Shown: piece after piece, positions 24,620 to 36,869 of the stretch
How positions within the stretch are numbered: the first letter of the stretch is position 1
Layout of the letters: each line of letters starts with the position of its first letter
NCBI RefSeq assembly: GCF_000485595.1
Contig: NW_014577075.1
Coordinates: 525,311 to 589,310, forward strand
From: Priapulus caudatus
Lineage: Eukaryota
Length of the DNA: 64,000 nucleotides
Reading direction: 5' to 3'
Program-made: the position numbers and the translations under genes
Notes under the pieces: model-generated
The model's database searches: none
What the model was told of the DNA's origin: nothing
What the model saw: the letters and a program-made list of their open reading frames with translations, nothing else

Positions 24620-26729
24620 CGGTGATAGGCGTAACCGCGTAACGGAGTTTGTCGCTGACACGTATTCAGTGTGTGTGCCCACCTCGATATCGCCATGGAA
24701 GATAATTATGTACAGTGAAGCTGGGGATGAGGAGAAGCCACATGGTCGAGTGGATGGAGAGGAGAAGAACAAGCACAAGGAGGAGGAGAGGGAAGAAGAA
24801 GACTGGATGAGGTCGATCGGAGGAAGATCGCCAGCAGATCTGGAGAAGTACACTCACCCCCTCAACGAGCAGCATTCCAGGTCTCTATTAACATCTGGCA
24901 ATGGCAAGTGGCGCCCGACACAGTGAACTGTTCAGGATGCACTGACTATCGGGAGTGAGCAAAGCAAGCAGTTCTCCGCTTCACTAAGCAGTGACTTCCA
25001 CAAAACGCAATAAAGAAAATGGTTAGATCAAAGGAGGCACTCAAGAAAGGCAGTCACTGTCAAGGGAAGGCCATCTACGACATCGAGACACTGTTTAGTC
25101 GGCTGTTGGTCTTGGGGCAGCAGCGGAGCGTGGATCTATTCAACATCTTCCAGTTTGAACTGAGTCCAGTCCCAAACATCGCGTTGAATGATCTCTCTCA
25201 GACAAACAAACAACGGNNNNNNNNNNNNNNNNNNNNNNNNNNNNNNNNNNNNNNNNNNNNNNNNNNNNNNNNNNNNNNNNNNNNNNNNNNNNNNNNNNNN
25301 NNNNNNNNNNNNNNNNNNNNNNNNNNNNNNNNNNNNNNNNNNNNNNNNNNNNNNNNNNNNNNNNNNNNNNNNNNNNNNNNNNNNNNNNNNNNNNNNNNNN
25401 NNNNNNNNNNNNNNNNNNNNNNNNNNNNNNNNNNNNNNNNNNNNNNNNNNNNNNNNNNNNNNNNNNNNNNNNNNNNNNNNNNNNNNNNNNNNNNNNNNNN
25501 NNNNNNNNNNNNNNNNNNNNNNNNNNNNNNNNNNNNNNNNNNNNNNNNNNNNNNNNNNNNNNNNNNNNNNNNNNNNNNNNNNNNNNNNNNNNNNNNNNNN
25601 NNNNNNNNNNNNNNNNNNNNNNNNNNNNNNNNNNNNNNNNNNNNNNNNNNNNNNNNNNNNNNNNNNNNNNNNNNNNNNNNNNNNNNNNNNNNNNNNNNNN
25701 NNNNNNNNNNNNNNNNNNNNNNNNNNNNNNNNNNNNNNNNNNNNNNNNNNNNNNNNNNNNNNNNNNNNNNNNNNNNNNNNNNNNNNNNNNNNNNNNNNNN
25801 NNNNNNNNNNNNNNNNNNNNNNNNNNNNNNNNNNNNNNNNNNNNNNNNNNNNNNNNNNNNNNNNNNNNNNNNNNNNNNNNNNNNNNNNNNNNNNNNNNNN
25901 NNNNNNNNNNNNNNNNNNNNNNNNNNNNNNNNNNNNNNNNNNNNNNNNNNNNNNNNNNNNNNNNNNNNNNNNNNNNNNNNNNNNNNNNNNNNNNNNNNNN
26001 NNNNNNNNNNNNNNNNNNCTTGGCGTGACCCATGCTTAACTCAAAGCGACAGCAGACAGCTTCTTCTTCCCTCTCTACGGACAGAAGAGTTGTACGACAA
26101 TGAATGATGCACGTACTCGCCTCTACCGCAGCCATAAGAAGCCGTAACAACTGAAGAAACTGCCACCGACTGACGTCAACCTGCAGCTGCATGTAGTCAT
26201 TGTTGTAGTCAATTCACGAAAAATCAGATGGACACCGAAGACAATGAAGAGGAGCTAGGTGTAGATGACGACAATGACAATGACAATGATGATGCGGATT
26301 GAGGAGTAATGAGGATGAGGAGTCATAGCTGTTTGCTATTTTTTCGTTGAAATATGCCTATCTACTATCTATGAACAGTGAATTTACATTAAAGTGTCTT
26401 ATTTTGACCGTTGACCTTCATTTTGACCTTGACCTTGACCCCATATCCAAAAAATAACTCCAGAAATGGATTCCCTGCCCTCGAAACCCCCTAAAAAGAG
26501 GTATTGCATGACACTCTAGGGCATCGAGATCACAAATTGTAAATTGACCAAAATCGAAGATGAACGGCGGCGGCCATCTTGAATTCCAAGAAATGCTCAA
26601 CGATGCACAGGTAGCAACCAAGCTAAATCAGCTCTTCTAACTATATAGAACACATTTCCATGAAAAAAGTTTAGAGTAATTAACATTGCAGGGTCCCATA
26701 TAGGACATATAGGGCCGGCAAACCGACTA
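24620..26729 (+). mobile_element. Decayed Academ-like DNA transposon (3' part of the transposase plus right terminus), interrupted by an N gap
   Basis: Fragments translate to ...LEKYTHPLNEQH..., GKAIYDIETLFSRLLVLGQQRSVDLFNIFQFELSPVP and, after the gap, FFFPLYGQKSCTTMNDARTRLYRSHKKP*QLKKLPPTDVNLQLHV, with stops and frameshifts. From memory these resemble the C-terminal half of Academ transposases. Ends ...gggccggcaaaccgaCTA, matching Academ TAG...CTA termini. No left TIR found. Confidence 0.6.
25217..26018. other. Assembly gap
   Basis: N run. Confidence 0.99.
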
Positions 26730-28904
26730 GTATATGTATTCCATGTGTCAACTTTGTGGCGTATGCCGTCTGGCGGTTGATTCATACTGATAACTATGAG
26801 CGAAAATGACTTTTCCTATTTCGTAGTCTATATTGACATACAAATTCAAAAACGGCCGCTAATCAGCCAGGATAAATGAGCTGCGATGATAAATCGTGTG
26901 TGAGCTTGCGCTGCAAATCATTACTAGTCTCGGGTAACTCGGATTTTGCATTTACATTTTCGCTGGAAAATAAGAAGTGGATGCGTCGCACAAGTGGCGC
27001 TAGCAGTTACGCGAAAGAAACATTTTCATATAAGCCTTAAAAGCTGTTCATGACTGCGACTACACATACTCAGATACAGACCATTGAAATGTGTTTTATT
27101 TGTTTAGGCGTTTCGCGTGGTAATATTCGCACACCAAGGCGCGTGTCACTGTAATTACATATATCGAGCAGTGAAATCCCACTAACAGCTTTCGCTCTGA
27201 GGCACCAATCACCGCAACACTTTATCATTTACCGACTGGCCCTTGAAATATGCTCGTATGTTCTTTTCTTACCAGACAGCCCTAACGTGAAAAATTACCA
27301 ATGGCCGGCTATAATTCGGTTGTCCAACGACTACACATGCGTTTGAGCAGCTGCATGATTGCTTTGATTTGCGTGTTGATGGTGGACAGCTAAAAATTGT
27401 CGACCGGTGAAGACTGTCTATCTAGCAGGTGCATGAGCTGAAAGAAATCTCGTATCATACGCATCACGGTAGATAATTAATCTATTCATATGATGACTGG
27501 TGGCTATAAAATATAAATGTATGAAAATAACGCACTTTCAACTAATAATACGGCAGGCATCAACATTGGCGCTCAATATCCAAACTTGTCTTCCTTCGTT
27601 ACACTATGCTTGAGCGTCCCTTCGTATGACATTAGGTGCATATTATTCTATCACGGGTTTATCAACACTGATGCGCAAGCGCAAATACTCCGCGGACCGA
27701 CATATATACAAATGTACGAGAGCAGTGATAATTTACGAGTATAGATCGTTTGTTTCATTTCCTTTTCGCGTCATTTACCTCAACTATGGTGCAATTATTT
27801 AATAGCTGTTACGCGTTTAACGACGCATGGCTAAACGATACCCTCACTAGACGACGTAGTGAACATCGTCACAAAGTTACACACACGCGCACACGCACGC
27901 ACGCATGCACGCACGCACCCACTCACACAACCAACGCACTCACGCATGTATGTGAGGACATCACCGCAAAACGCCTCCCCCCCCGAAACGCACACGCACA
28001 AACTCACGCACGTACGCACTCACTCACGCACAGACGCACAGGTGCTATGTAGGGGCCCACAGTGCATTACAGTGATTGTAGAGACGCGGCTTTTAGAATA
28101 AAATAGCTCCATGCGTATTACAATATTATGCGAATTACTCTGCGGATTAACACGAACTATCAGGGAAATACGCAATTAAGTTGTTTCGCTGCACGTTTTA
28201 TCCGAGTAAAACAAGATTAATTAACGATATAATCTACGTCATTAATAATGGACGTAAAGCTGTGTATACCGTTTGATATGAAGCAGATAAAATCGGTCTC
28301 ACGAAAAGCAGCTCTCTCTGTCTGTCAGCAGTTGCGCTCGTTCGCACTCTCTACTCCTCTCTCTGTCTCACACGCACGCACACGCACACACGCGCGCGCG
28401 AGCGTTCTGCTACATCCACCATCACACACCCACTCAAGGCTTTCGTTCCACGTTCCGTTACCTTCGAAAATCCATTTATATATGCTCTAGCGTCTAACGA
28501 TGAGTTTGAAAACGAGCTGCACTGCGTTTTTCGAGTCATGGAATTATATCTCCCAACTTACTGTAAACCGGTGATAAACTTTTTCTTAGAAATACTTACG
28601 GTTATATAGCACTAATAGAAACGGTTTGGTTTACGATTACAATTCCAAGCCGCTCTTTCTGTTCAAATTATCCGTAACATCTGGACTAGTCGAAAAACTA
28701 TATATATATATATATACCAACAACAATATACTTAATTCTGCTTCAATCTACTCTCCGCCGGCATGTATAGTGGCTGAGGTGCACGATAGTTACTGTGTGG
28801 GGAGACCTGACAACGGGCATTTAATATCGCTTTCTTATTAATTTTCGTATTCTACACACTCTCCTCCTAGCACCTCTCCACCCCCAGCCTCCTTTTCCAC
28901 TCTC

Positions 28905-29065
28905 CACTTCTTCTTCCTCCTCCTCCTCCTCCTCCTCCTCCTCCTTCCCCTCCTCTTCCTCCTCTTTCCCCTCCTCCCCATCCTCTTCTTCTTCTTTCTC
29001 TTCTTCCTCAATCCTCCTCCTTCTCGTCCTCCTCCCCCATTCCACCTTCCTCCCCTTCCTCGTCC
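28905..29065. repeat. (TCC)n / pyrimidine-rich low-complexity tract
   Basis: Direct inspection. Confidence 0.85.
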
Positions 29066-29126
29066 TCTGCCTATCTTGATTCACATTTTACTAATGCATG
29101 CACAGCACCTCGTCATGCTCACTCAC

Positions 29127-29266
29127 CACATCGATGACCTGCTGCATGGTTAGACCGAAGTTCACGACCACCGTGTCCGACTCATTGGCCACGGGTCTCT
29201 CCAGCGGTTCGTAATCCGCTAGCAGGGTCCTCAGCAGTCGGCGGGCGTGCGGACTCTGGCACGTGT
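29127..29266 (-). CDS. CHRNA7-like: nAChR alpha7-like subunit, exon 2 (N-terminal helix ...SPHARRLLRTLLADYEPLERPVANESDTVVVNFGLTMQQVIDV)
   Basis: Acceptor ttgtttacccgcAG, donor GTGAGT, 140 bp. ERPVANES and QQVIDV motifs are typical of alpha7-group subunits. Confidence 0.95.
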
Positions 29267-29406
29267 CTGCGGGTAAACAAAAGCGCGGTTCGTTACAGCA
29301 CAGCACGCAATAACTCGGTTACGGCTTCACAGACTCACGGTGCGAAATACTACTGCGAGATTCCGTCCACTTTTGCTGCCTACACGATTACCGGCCATGT
29401 ATCTAT

Positions 29407-29660
29407 CAGTTCCATAGTTACTATGTAGTTAGTATGTTCCCCATATTCTGCAGTTCTACAGTTACTATGTAGTTAGTATGTTCCCCATATTCTGCAGTTC
29501 CACAGTTATAATGTAGTTAGTATGGTCCCCATATTCTGCAGTTCCACAGTTATAATGTAGTTAGTATGGTCCCCATATTCTGCAGTTCCACAGTTATAAT
29601 GTAGTTAGTATGTTCCCCATATTTTGCAGTTCCACAGTTACTATGCAATCGCTATGTTCC
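29407..29660. repeat. 44-bp tandem minisatellite, ~5.7 copies (cagttccacagttataatgtagttagtatgttccccatattctg)
   Basis: Unit restarts at 29407, 29451 and so on; located in intron 1, ~140 bp from the exon 2 acceptor. Confidence 0.92.
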
Positions 29661-30389
29661 CGCTGCTCGACAATAGGTGCCCACTCCGTTCACGTGGTCG
29701 ACATATTATATGGAGTAATAATTTAGAATATATAAAAAAGAAGTACGTGTATTGAAAATGTGGAATGGTTTATTTGATAAACGCTTATTTCGCATTTGTT
29801 TGAAAAATTCGCGTTGCATCGACATGTCTAGAAATATAACATAAATAAAACACAGAACTACGCCATAAACTTGATAATTTATGAGAAAGCCAAACTTTTA
29901 AAACCGTGACGCAATTCATGTGTTAACCATGAGGCCTTCGATGGGGGCCTTTTGGAACTTGCCCCTGGGCCTATAATATATTTATCTGTTGTTACCGGCA
30001 AAACAACCAGCACTTAATGAGGCAATAATAATTATTTGTTAAAGACTTGGGATGATATCAACGTATTTCAATATGTAAACATGTAGCGTTCGTACTTAAA
30101 TTAGCTTCAAGTGATTGAAGAAAAGTAACATGAATTTTTAAGTAGGTAAACACTCACTGTGTAGGTAGAACAGGTATAATGTCCGGCAACACACACACTA
30201 ACACTCATAGTGTCCAGATCCGTCGCAAAGTAGTTTCTCAGCAAATGCAACTAATTAATTCATCGCTGCGCATGCATGTTCAGTAAACATAAGTTAATTA
30301 GTGGTAAATCTAACTAATAAATCCTTGTACTTGTCTGGATTGCAAATCGCCTATGCGGCAACACGTCCGGTGAGCGAGTGTGCGTGCGT

Positions 30390-30450
<61 letters not shown>

Positions 30451-31056
30451 CGTGTGCGTGCGTGTGTGCGTGCGTGTGTTCGGACGTGTGCGCGTATCCA
30501 CTATCCTTTCTTGCATTGCGATAAAAGCAGGCAGTGACAAAAGTTGAACGTTTCATCCGCGCGTGGTGAACCTAATTGCGGTGCATGAATGAAACGATTA
30601 ACATATTTAATGCATGGTTTCGGCACAGCCGAGGGAAAAGCTTCGTAATTCTATTGCCGGATATGCATGACTTAACCGACTCGATCTGACAGATCTAATC
30701 GATAATCCAGCGCTTCCCATCGGGATTGGCGTTGTCGTGCTCTCCTGCGCGCTGCAAGAAGCGTTTTCTCCTGAAGTCTCGTCTCTCCAAAGCCAGTCGT
30801 GGTGCGCCACGAGAACTAGACATATAAGCTGTTTGTGTAGCATCTTTCGTCTGGGACACGTGAATGTTGAAGCACGAGTAGCTTTTTCGATAACGCTTAT
30901 GCTAACGTCTCTCTCGATTTGCATTACGAGATAAATATTCGTTGATGTTAGCGCGAGGGAGCGTGTGCCTGTCTGCACGCGCGTCTACATGAGTAAACAT
31001 GATTGTGTCTGTGTGTGTGCGCGTCCGTGCATGTGCGCGTGTGCGTGTGTAAAACA

Positions 31057-31105
31057 TGATGATGGTGATGGTGATGGTGATGGTGATGGTGATGGTGATG
31101 GTGGT
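31057..31105. repeat. (GATGGT)n microsatellite
   Basis: Direct inspection. Confidence 0.85.
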
Positions 31106-31579
31106 GAGATGGTGGGGATGTAAGCGGGCACGTACAGTCACTATGACGCGATGAAACTGTGAAGAGCGGATTAATATTTTGTTTCATATCGCGCTGCACC
31201 AACGTCAACGATGTGCATAGCAGGAAAACGTTTCGACTGCCAATCATAATTGCCATGACATTTTAAACGAGGAGGCGTATTCAATAGCCAGGTATAACAA
31301 TAGCTATCAGCCATCGCATACGTAATTACACAAATTAACATGCATTACGATCAATCGAATTTCTATAATAAATTTAAACTCGGCAAATTATGCGAAAAGA
31401 GCGAAAAATTCTCATACGTACGAGATGACAGAGAAAAAAACGAGATAATATTCCGATTTAACGAACCGGAACGAGATATAAGGGTTAGGGAAAAACGCGG
31501 AAACACAAGAGCAAGATAATTAGAGCGGAAAATGTCAATTTTACAGCTGAACGAACGGCTTTTTTCTTCCTGAGCTCAC

Positions 31580-31634
31580 CGACAAGCTTCAGCAGTGCAC
31601 ATGTCAGATGCGGCGCGTACAACAGTCTCTTCAT
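31580..31634 (-). CDS. CHRNA7-like: nAChR alpha7-like subunit, coding exon 1 (putative signal peptide MKRLLYAPHLTCALLKLV-)
   Basis: ATG at 31634 with an in-frame TGA two codons upstream. 18 codons + G, then a GTGAGC donor. Phase 1 joins exon 2 (G+AC = Asp). 55 bp equals the coding length of vertebrate CHRNA7 exon 1. Not in the ORF track. Confidence 0.7.
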
Positions 31635-32544
31635 TCGTCACGCGGCGGCTGACAGAAACACACACCGAGAGCTTCTGGTTACTACCGCTGAACTCACAGT
31701 ATCGCTACACCAGTACGTCTTTTGTGTTTTGTTTACTCTACTGGTTGGACAGTAGCTATGCCCGTCAAGATGCTGCGATTGACGTGCGCATGGAAACCTA
31801 GAATACCGTAGTCATTGTCGCCTCGCTGGGACTTGAGCTAGGTCGGATAGGCATGCATGCGACCAACTGAACTATATCTTCCGGTAACAAGCAACGATGA
31901 CTATTAGCTGACCGATGTACTCTCCTAACGCTTGCGTGAGAAAACACAGCAATACACGTGGCGAGTGAACGATGTAAAGCCAATTCCGTCGAATTACCAA
32001 AGCAAAATTGTGCACCGCCTGCGAATTCCAATGAGTATTTAGTATCAAATGAACAATCGGGGTAGTAATCATGGAACCTCGATAAATCCGGTTTCCCGCC
32101 GAGCGCGCGCAGTACGGTTTCCTTTCCGTAAAATTTAATTCGAAAAAATTGCGCCCGAAGGTGCCTGCGGATAAATTCTGTATAGGATAATAGCAATAAC
32201 GTAAACCCTCGGAGAATTTTTCGTTGTGAGCAAACATCATGTCGTTATCGGAAAAGCATTTTGCTGGGCGCGCAATAGCAGACCCATGTTCTTGGTTCGA
32301 CAGTGAAGACACTCAGCGTGTACTGGTCGGTTTATTTCGAAATGGAAAGTCACGATAAAGAAGTTAAAGATACGCACAAAGCCAGGGCGAGCGAGGAAAT
32401 AAAGAAAGAAAAGAAGTGCGCGGGCAGGATGAGGGGCAGGGAGAGAGAGGGAGAGAAGAGGGGCGAGAGGCGGCGAAATGAAAATGGGAGTTAGCATGAG
32501 TAAAAGGAAAAACAGAAAGAGAGAGATTGGTGAGCCTGGGGAAG

Positions 32545-32680
32545 AAGAGAAGGAGGAGGAGGAGGAGGAGGAGGAGGAGGAGGAGGAGGAGGAAGAGGAA
32601 GAGGGGAGAATGAGGAAGAGGAGAAGGAGGAGAATGAGGAAGAGGAGGAGGAGGAGAATGAGGAAGAGGAGAAGGAGGCA
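32545..32680. repeat. (GAG)n plus 24-bp purine-rich repeats
   Basis: Direct inspection. Confidence 0.85.
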
Positions 32681-33033
32681 GGGCAAGAAAAGAAAAGATA
32701 TAGAAGGCGATGTGAGATAAAGAGCAGTGTGTGAGTGAGAGAACCTGAAAACATCTCGCGCAGTGTAACGTTCTCAATTCAGAAAATAGCTAAAACCTAA
32801 AAAAACATATAATATTCATCGCGCCGCTTGGGAATGCTTCGTTCGGCACGCATCCTTACGTAGAATGGCTTAAATCTATTCATGCACACAACCTCGAGTT
32901 TTAATTGGACTTCATATTATGTGCGGGTACGGAAGAAAGTACACACCCCACACGCGCGTACCCCCTCCACATACATACACACACACGCACGCACGCACAC
33001 ACGCACGCACACCCACATACACACACACACACA

Positions 33034-33165
33034 CACCACACCACACCACACCACACCACACCACACCACACCACACCACACCACACCACACCACACCACA
33101 CCACACCACACCACACCACACCACACCACACCACACCACACCACACCACACCACACCACACCACA
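33034..33165. repeat. Perfect (CACCA)n pentamer microsatellite
   Basis: About 26 uninterrupted units. Confidence 0.95.
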
Positions 33166-34827
33166 TGCCCAAGTGACACAAGGCAATAATGCTTGGGATT
33201 AAGTATATTAATATTTATTCACCTATAGGTAATATAACAACTAGCCGGCCGCTATTTATTCAAAATGCCTATAGACGCGATTCTCGAGTTCGAGTTGCGG
33301 GTTTTTTTTCTTGTGACGCAGCAATGCTAACCATTTTTACAGTTTCATTTCAAGGCTATCGAGAACGCAGTTTGACTCGCACAAGGGTTCTGTGATGTTT
33401 CACGAATTATATATGCGTGTTGAGAAACCTTAAATAGGTGGCATTTTCAATTATTGTAGCTAAACCATGTGGTATTGCAGTCTCACGCTATATTTTTGAC
33501 ATGCACCAGTCGATGTCATTATTATAGGATCCGACAGAGTCCACTAGCTGACAGATTGCTTATCTATATTACACGCTTTTATCCATTTCATCACTACGAT
33601 TACCTACTGTGTGATCGTGAATTGAATGGGCGGCGGTGGTGGTGGTGGGTCCGGCGTAGGTCTAGTCGGAGCAACCACTGACATATTTACCTTAATCATA
33701 GGAATTAGGTCAAGCACAAAGTATAATATTACTGGAGACGTTCCCAGCAGAATATATCCCATATAGTAAAGGCGATGAGACAATGAAGACAGTGGAGAGA
33801 TGTGGTGGCTGGCTAGGGCTGTCATAGCACAGCTATATAATTTCTACCCGAGGTTGCCACGATCGCCTGACAATATCTACGTATTAAAGGTTAATAATAT
33901 CCTGTTCGGTCAACCAACGTGAACCAGCTGACATATTTTCGCTATATTTCCCAAGATATATAAACCCGTGTGTGTATCCACGGAATGAATGACGGAGCGT
34001 TGGGCCTTATGAGCCACACTGAAGCGCGCGCGGTTGCATCTGTACCGTTGGTTTGCACGTCTGAGGTCCATCCTATAGCATTGCTGTACGTGAACAAATC
34101 GACGTTTTACCGACATTACTTTGCTGCGCTCTAACGCGCAGAAAGGTTTATTAGAAGGACAGATAGCGGCTCTTAATGCCTTTTGAGCAAAAAATGTTCG
34201 TGGTTAGCAGACGAACTTTCGATTCCTCCCAAAATATATGAGAACAAGTAGCGTGCAGCGTGCGTTTAACCCGCTAAGCGGTTATATGATGGACATCGGC
34301 GCTCGTTTGAAGTGACAGAACGACGCGGCCTATTCCTCTGCGCACTGCATTGACAAGCTGTCCACATGAGCGAACCGTCGCAAGATGCTTCGGCAATACA
34401 AATATCGAAGAGTTGATGTTGCAGACGGGGAGATGTAATGTAAAAATAGCGGAGGCATTATCCAACCAAGTCGCATAGAGCTAAGTTTAGCGCGTATTGT
34501 AGTAGATTTTCGTCCTTCTAAAAATATTTGTTCATCAACTTGATAACATTTACGGGCATGTACGCATCAGAATAAACATGTAGTTTGCATCGTTAGTTAT
34601 AATTAGATTTGCATATTTTAATCTAAGCCAACATTTCGATCTATATTATTTAGCGAAATAGCCTATGTAGTACATATCGTATATCGTACGAACCGCATTT
34701 CCTTGCGCACTGCCTCCGCATTTCTCACAGAAAGTGTGTGTACAATAAACAAAATCCGCAATCAATTAATCTTTTCGCGTATAGCGCTGCTCTCGTGCAT
34801 CTTGATTTTATACCCACCCTAATTAAG

Positions 34828-35107
34828 GCTGAGAGGGTCTATGTCTCCCTGGGTACTGCCGGAACGTACCCTTGGTACGGTCCGATATACCGTAACGTAC
34901 CCTGGTATACTATCTAATATGCCGGACCGTACCTCGCCTACTCCACTAACGAGTCTAGAGAGTCGCCTACGCCTACTCCCTAACCCTAACCCTAACCCTA
35001 ACTCTAACCCTAACCATATCAAATAGTTACCAGGGTACGTTCCGGTATACCGGACCGTACCCAGGGTACGTTCCGGCAGTACCCTGGGAGACATAGACCC
35101 TATGAGC
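34828..35107. mobile_element. 280-bp MITE with ~92-bp TIRs and an internal (CCCTAA)n tract
   Basis: Left arm GCTGAGAGGGTCTATGTCTCCCTGGGTACTGCCGGAACGTACCC... versus right-arm reverse complement GCTCATAGGGTCTATGTCTCCCAGGGTACTGCCGGAACGTACCC.... Flanked by a 9-bp direct repeat CTAATTAAG (34819-34827 and 35108-35116). Confidence 0.88.
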
Positions 35108-35979
35108 CTAATTAAGTGATGCGTGTTCGATAATGTTTCATGGTTAATAACCTTCTGGTTTTGCTATGGGATGGAGTTAGAATGTTTGCATGACAAACGA
35201 TGTCAGCTGGTGATTGCATAATAGTGCATGCGCGCGTGCGCGTGTGCCTGCGGGTGCGCGTACGTAGTAGCGTACATGAGCGCGGCCAAGTATATGTTTA
35301 CGAGCTAGTATGCGTGTGAGCGGGGCCGCGTGCATAGAGTTATGCATATACTTGAAGATGGATCATGTGTGACTGTGAATGTTCATGAATGTTCAACTGT
35401 GAATGTTCATGAATGAAACAGCGGAATGTTTTCATTTTTCTCTGTGTAAAGTTCGCCCTCCTGCCCTCCAAAAAGCATTTCGGGCAAAAACGGGAGATTA
35501 TGAGAATCAATTCTCATGATCAGTCGAATGCTGGAGGAGAATAACAAGAGCATGCTTCTTCTGTAAACAAGGACATACCTGCCATTGCTCGACACACGTC
35601 ATTCGCCTCACTGTTACGTGTCGAACACGCGACAGAACGAAGCGAAATATACTGTTAATGACATAAACACCGCGTATCAACGCTCGTGACTCATTCAAGC
35701 GACGCGGTTTCGCTAATTGCAGCGTATTTTCTCCCCGGCGTTCGCTGGGACAGGACGAGCCACGAACCATGCTCAGTACACGCACGGAGAGTGAGCTAAC
35801 TATAGGTGGTTCGTGCGTGCGCTCCAGCGCTGAGCTGATCAATGGAAAATGCTAAGCGTGCGATAACCTGGGCGCGTGCTACATTACTCATCAGGTTTCG
35901 CATCGTCACGCAGCAGCGTGTATCTATGCGCTTCCTCGTGCATAGAGACACCAAGCTTCCTGAATCCGTTTGCTTCACG

Positions 35980-36600
35980 CTCATTCTCGCGCGTTCGGCG
36001 TCTGTTCTCGTACGTAGTTGTGCATTATTGTGTATCCCCACGTATCCTTGCGCGTCCTCTTGGGTTCTCGCGCATTTGCATGCATCTTCGTGTATTCTTG
36101 TGCGTTCGCGTCCATTTTCGTGGGTTATCTTGTATTCCCATACATGCTCGTCAATTCCCGTGCGTCCTCGTCCATTCTCGCGTGTCCTCGTCCATTCTCG
36201 CGCGTCCTCGTCCAATCTCGTACATCTTCGTCCATTCCCGTGTGATCGCGTGCATTCCCGCGTGTCCTCGTCAATATTCGTGCGTCCTCGGCCATTATCG
36301 TGCGTCCTCGTTTATTCTCGCGCGTTCTCGTCAACTTTCTAAGTCCACGTTCATTCTCATACGTCTTCTATTCTTGTGCGTCACGGCGCATTCGCGTGCG
36401 TCACTGCCCATTCGTGTGCATCACCGCGCATTCTCGTGCGTCACTGCCCATTCGTGTGCATCACCGCGCATTCTCGTGCGTCACTGCCCATTCGTGTGCA
36501 TCACCGCGCATTCTCGTGCATCCGGGTGCCCCAGTTTCGTCGGTCCGGCGTACACTCTCGCGCATTCCCGTTTATCCTGGTCCGCTCTCGCTCATCCATC
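35980..36600. repeat. Degenerate ~20-bp CT-rich minisatellite with a perfect 40-bp dimer block at 36396-36520
   Basis: gtgcgtcactgcccattcgtgtgcatcaccgcgcattctc repeated 3 times; related ...cgtccattctcg... units upstream. Confidence 0.8.
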
Positions 36601-36869
36601 GTTAATTCTAGCGTGTCTTGTGGATTTTCATGGAACCGGCGGGATCACACACACGGGTGGCTGTATGCAAAAGATGCATATATAACGAATGGTTATCGGG
36701 AGAAAGGTCGGTTGTGATGGAGCGAGATGATATAGTGATAGAGAGAGGAGGGTTATAAACGATAAACAAAGTAAAATGGAGGGGGTTTAAGACCGGAGTG
36801 GTGGTATTGGGAGGAGTCCGTTAGTGTTGTGGAGGGAAGTCAAGAGGGAGGGCTGGTGATAAAAGACGA

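Noticed and set aside
25019..26192. 280-360 aa ORFs here, and similar ones at 38611-39933 and 44295-45136
   Set aside because: Their length comes from reading through N gaps.
17967..29126. Alternative, mutually exclusive exon 3 copies as in insect alpha6 (3a/3b)
   Set aside because: A visual scan found only one 45-bp exon 3. A copy could be missed by eye or hidden in the 25217-26018 gap, but nothing supports one.
35796..36717. Overlapping 100-270 aa ORFs
   Set aside because: Produced by a stop-poor degenerate minisatellite.
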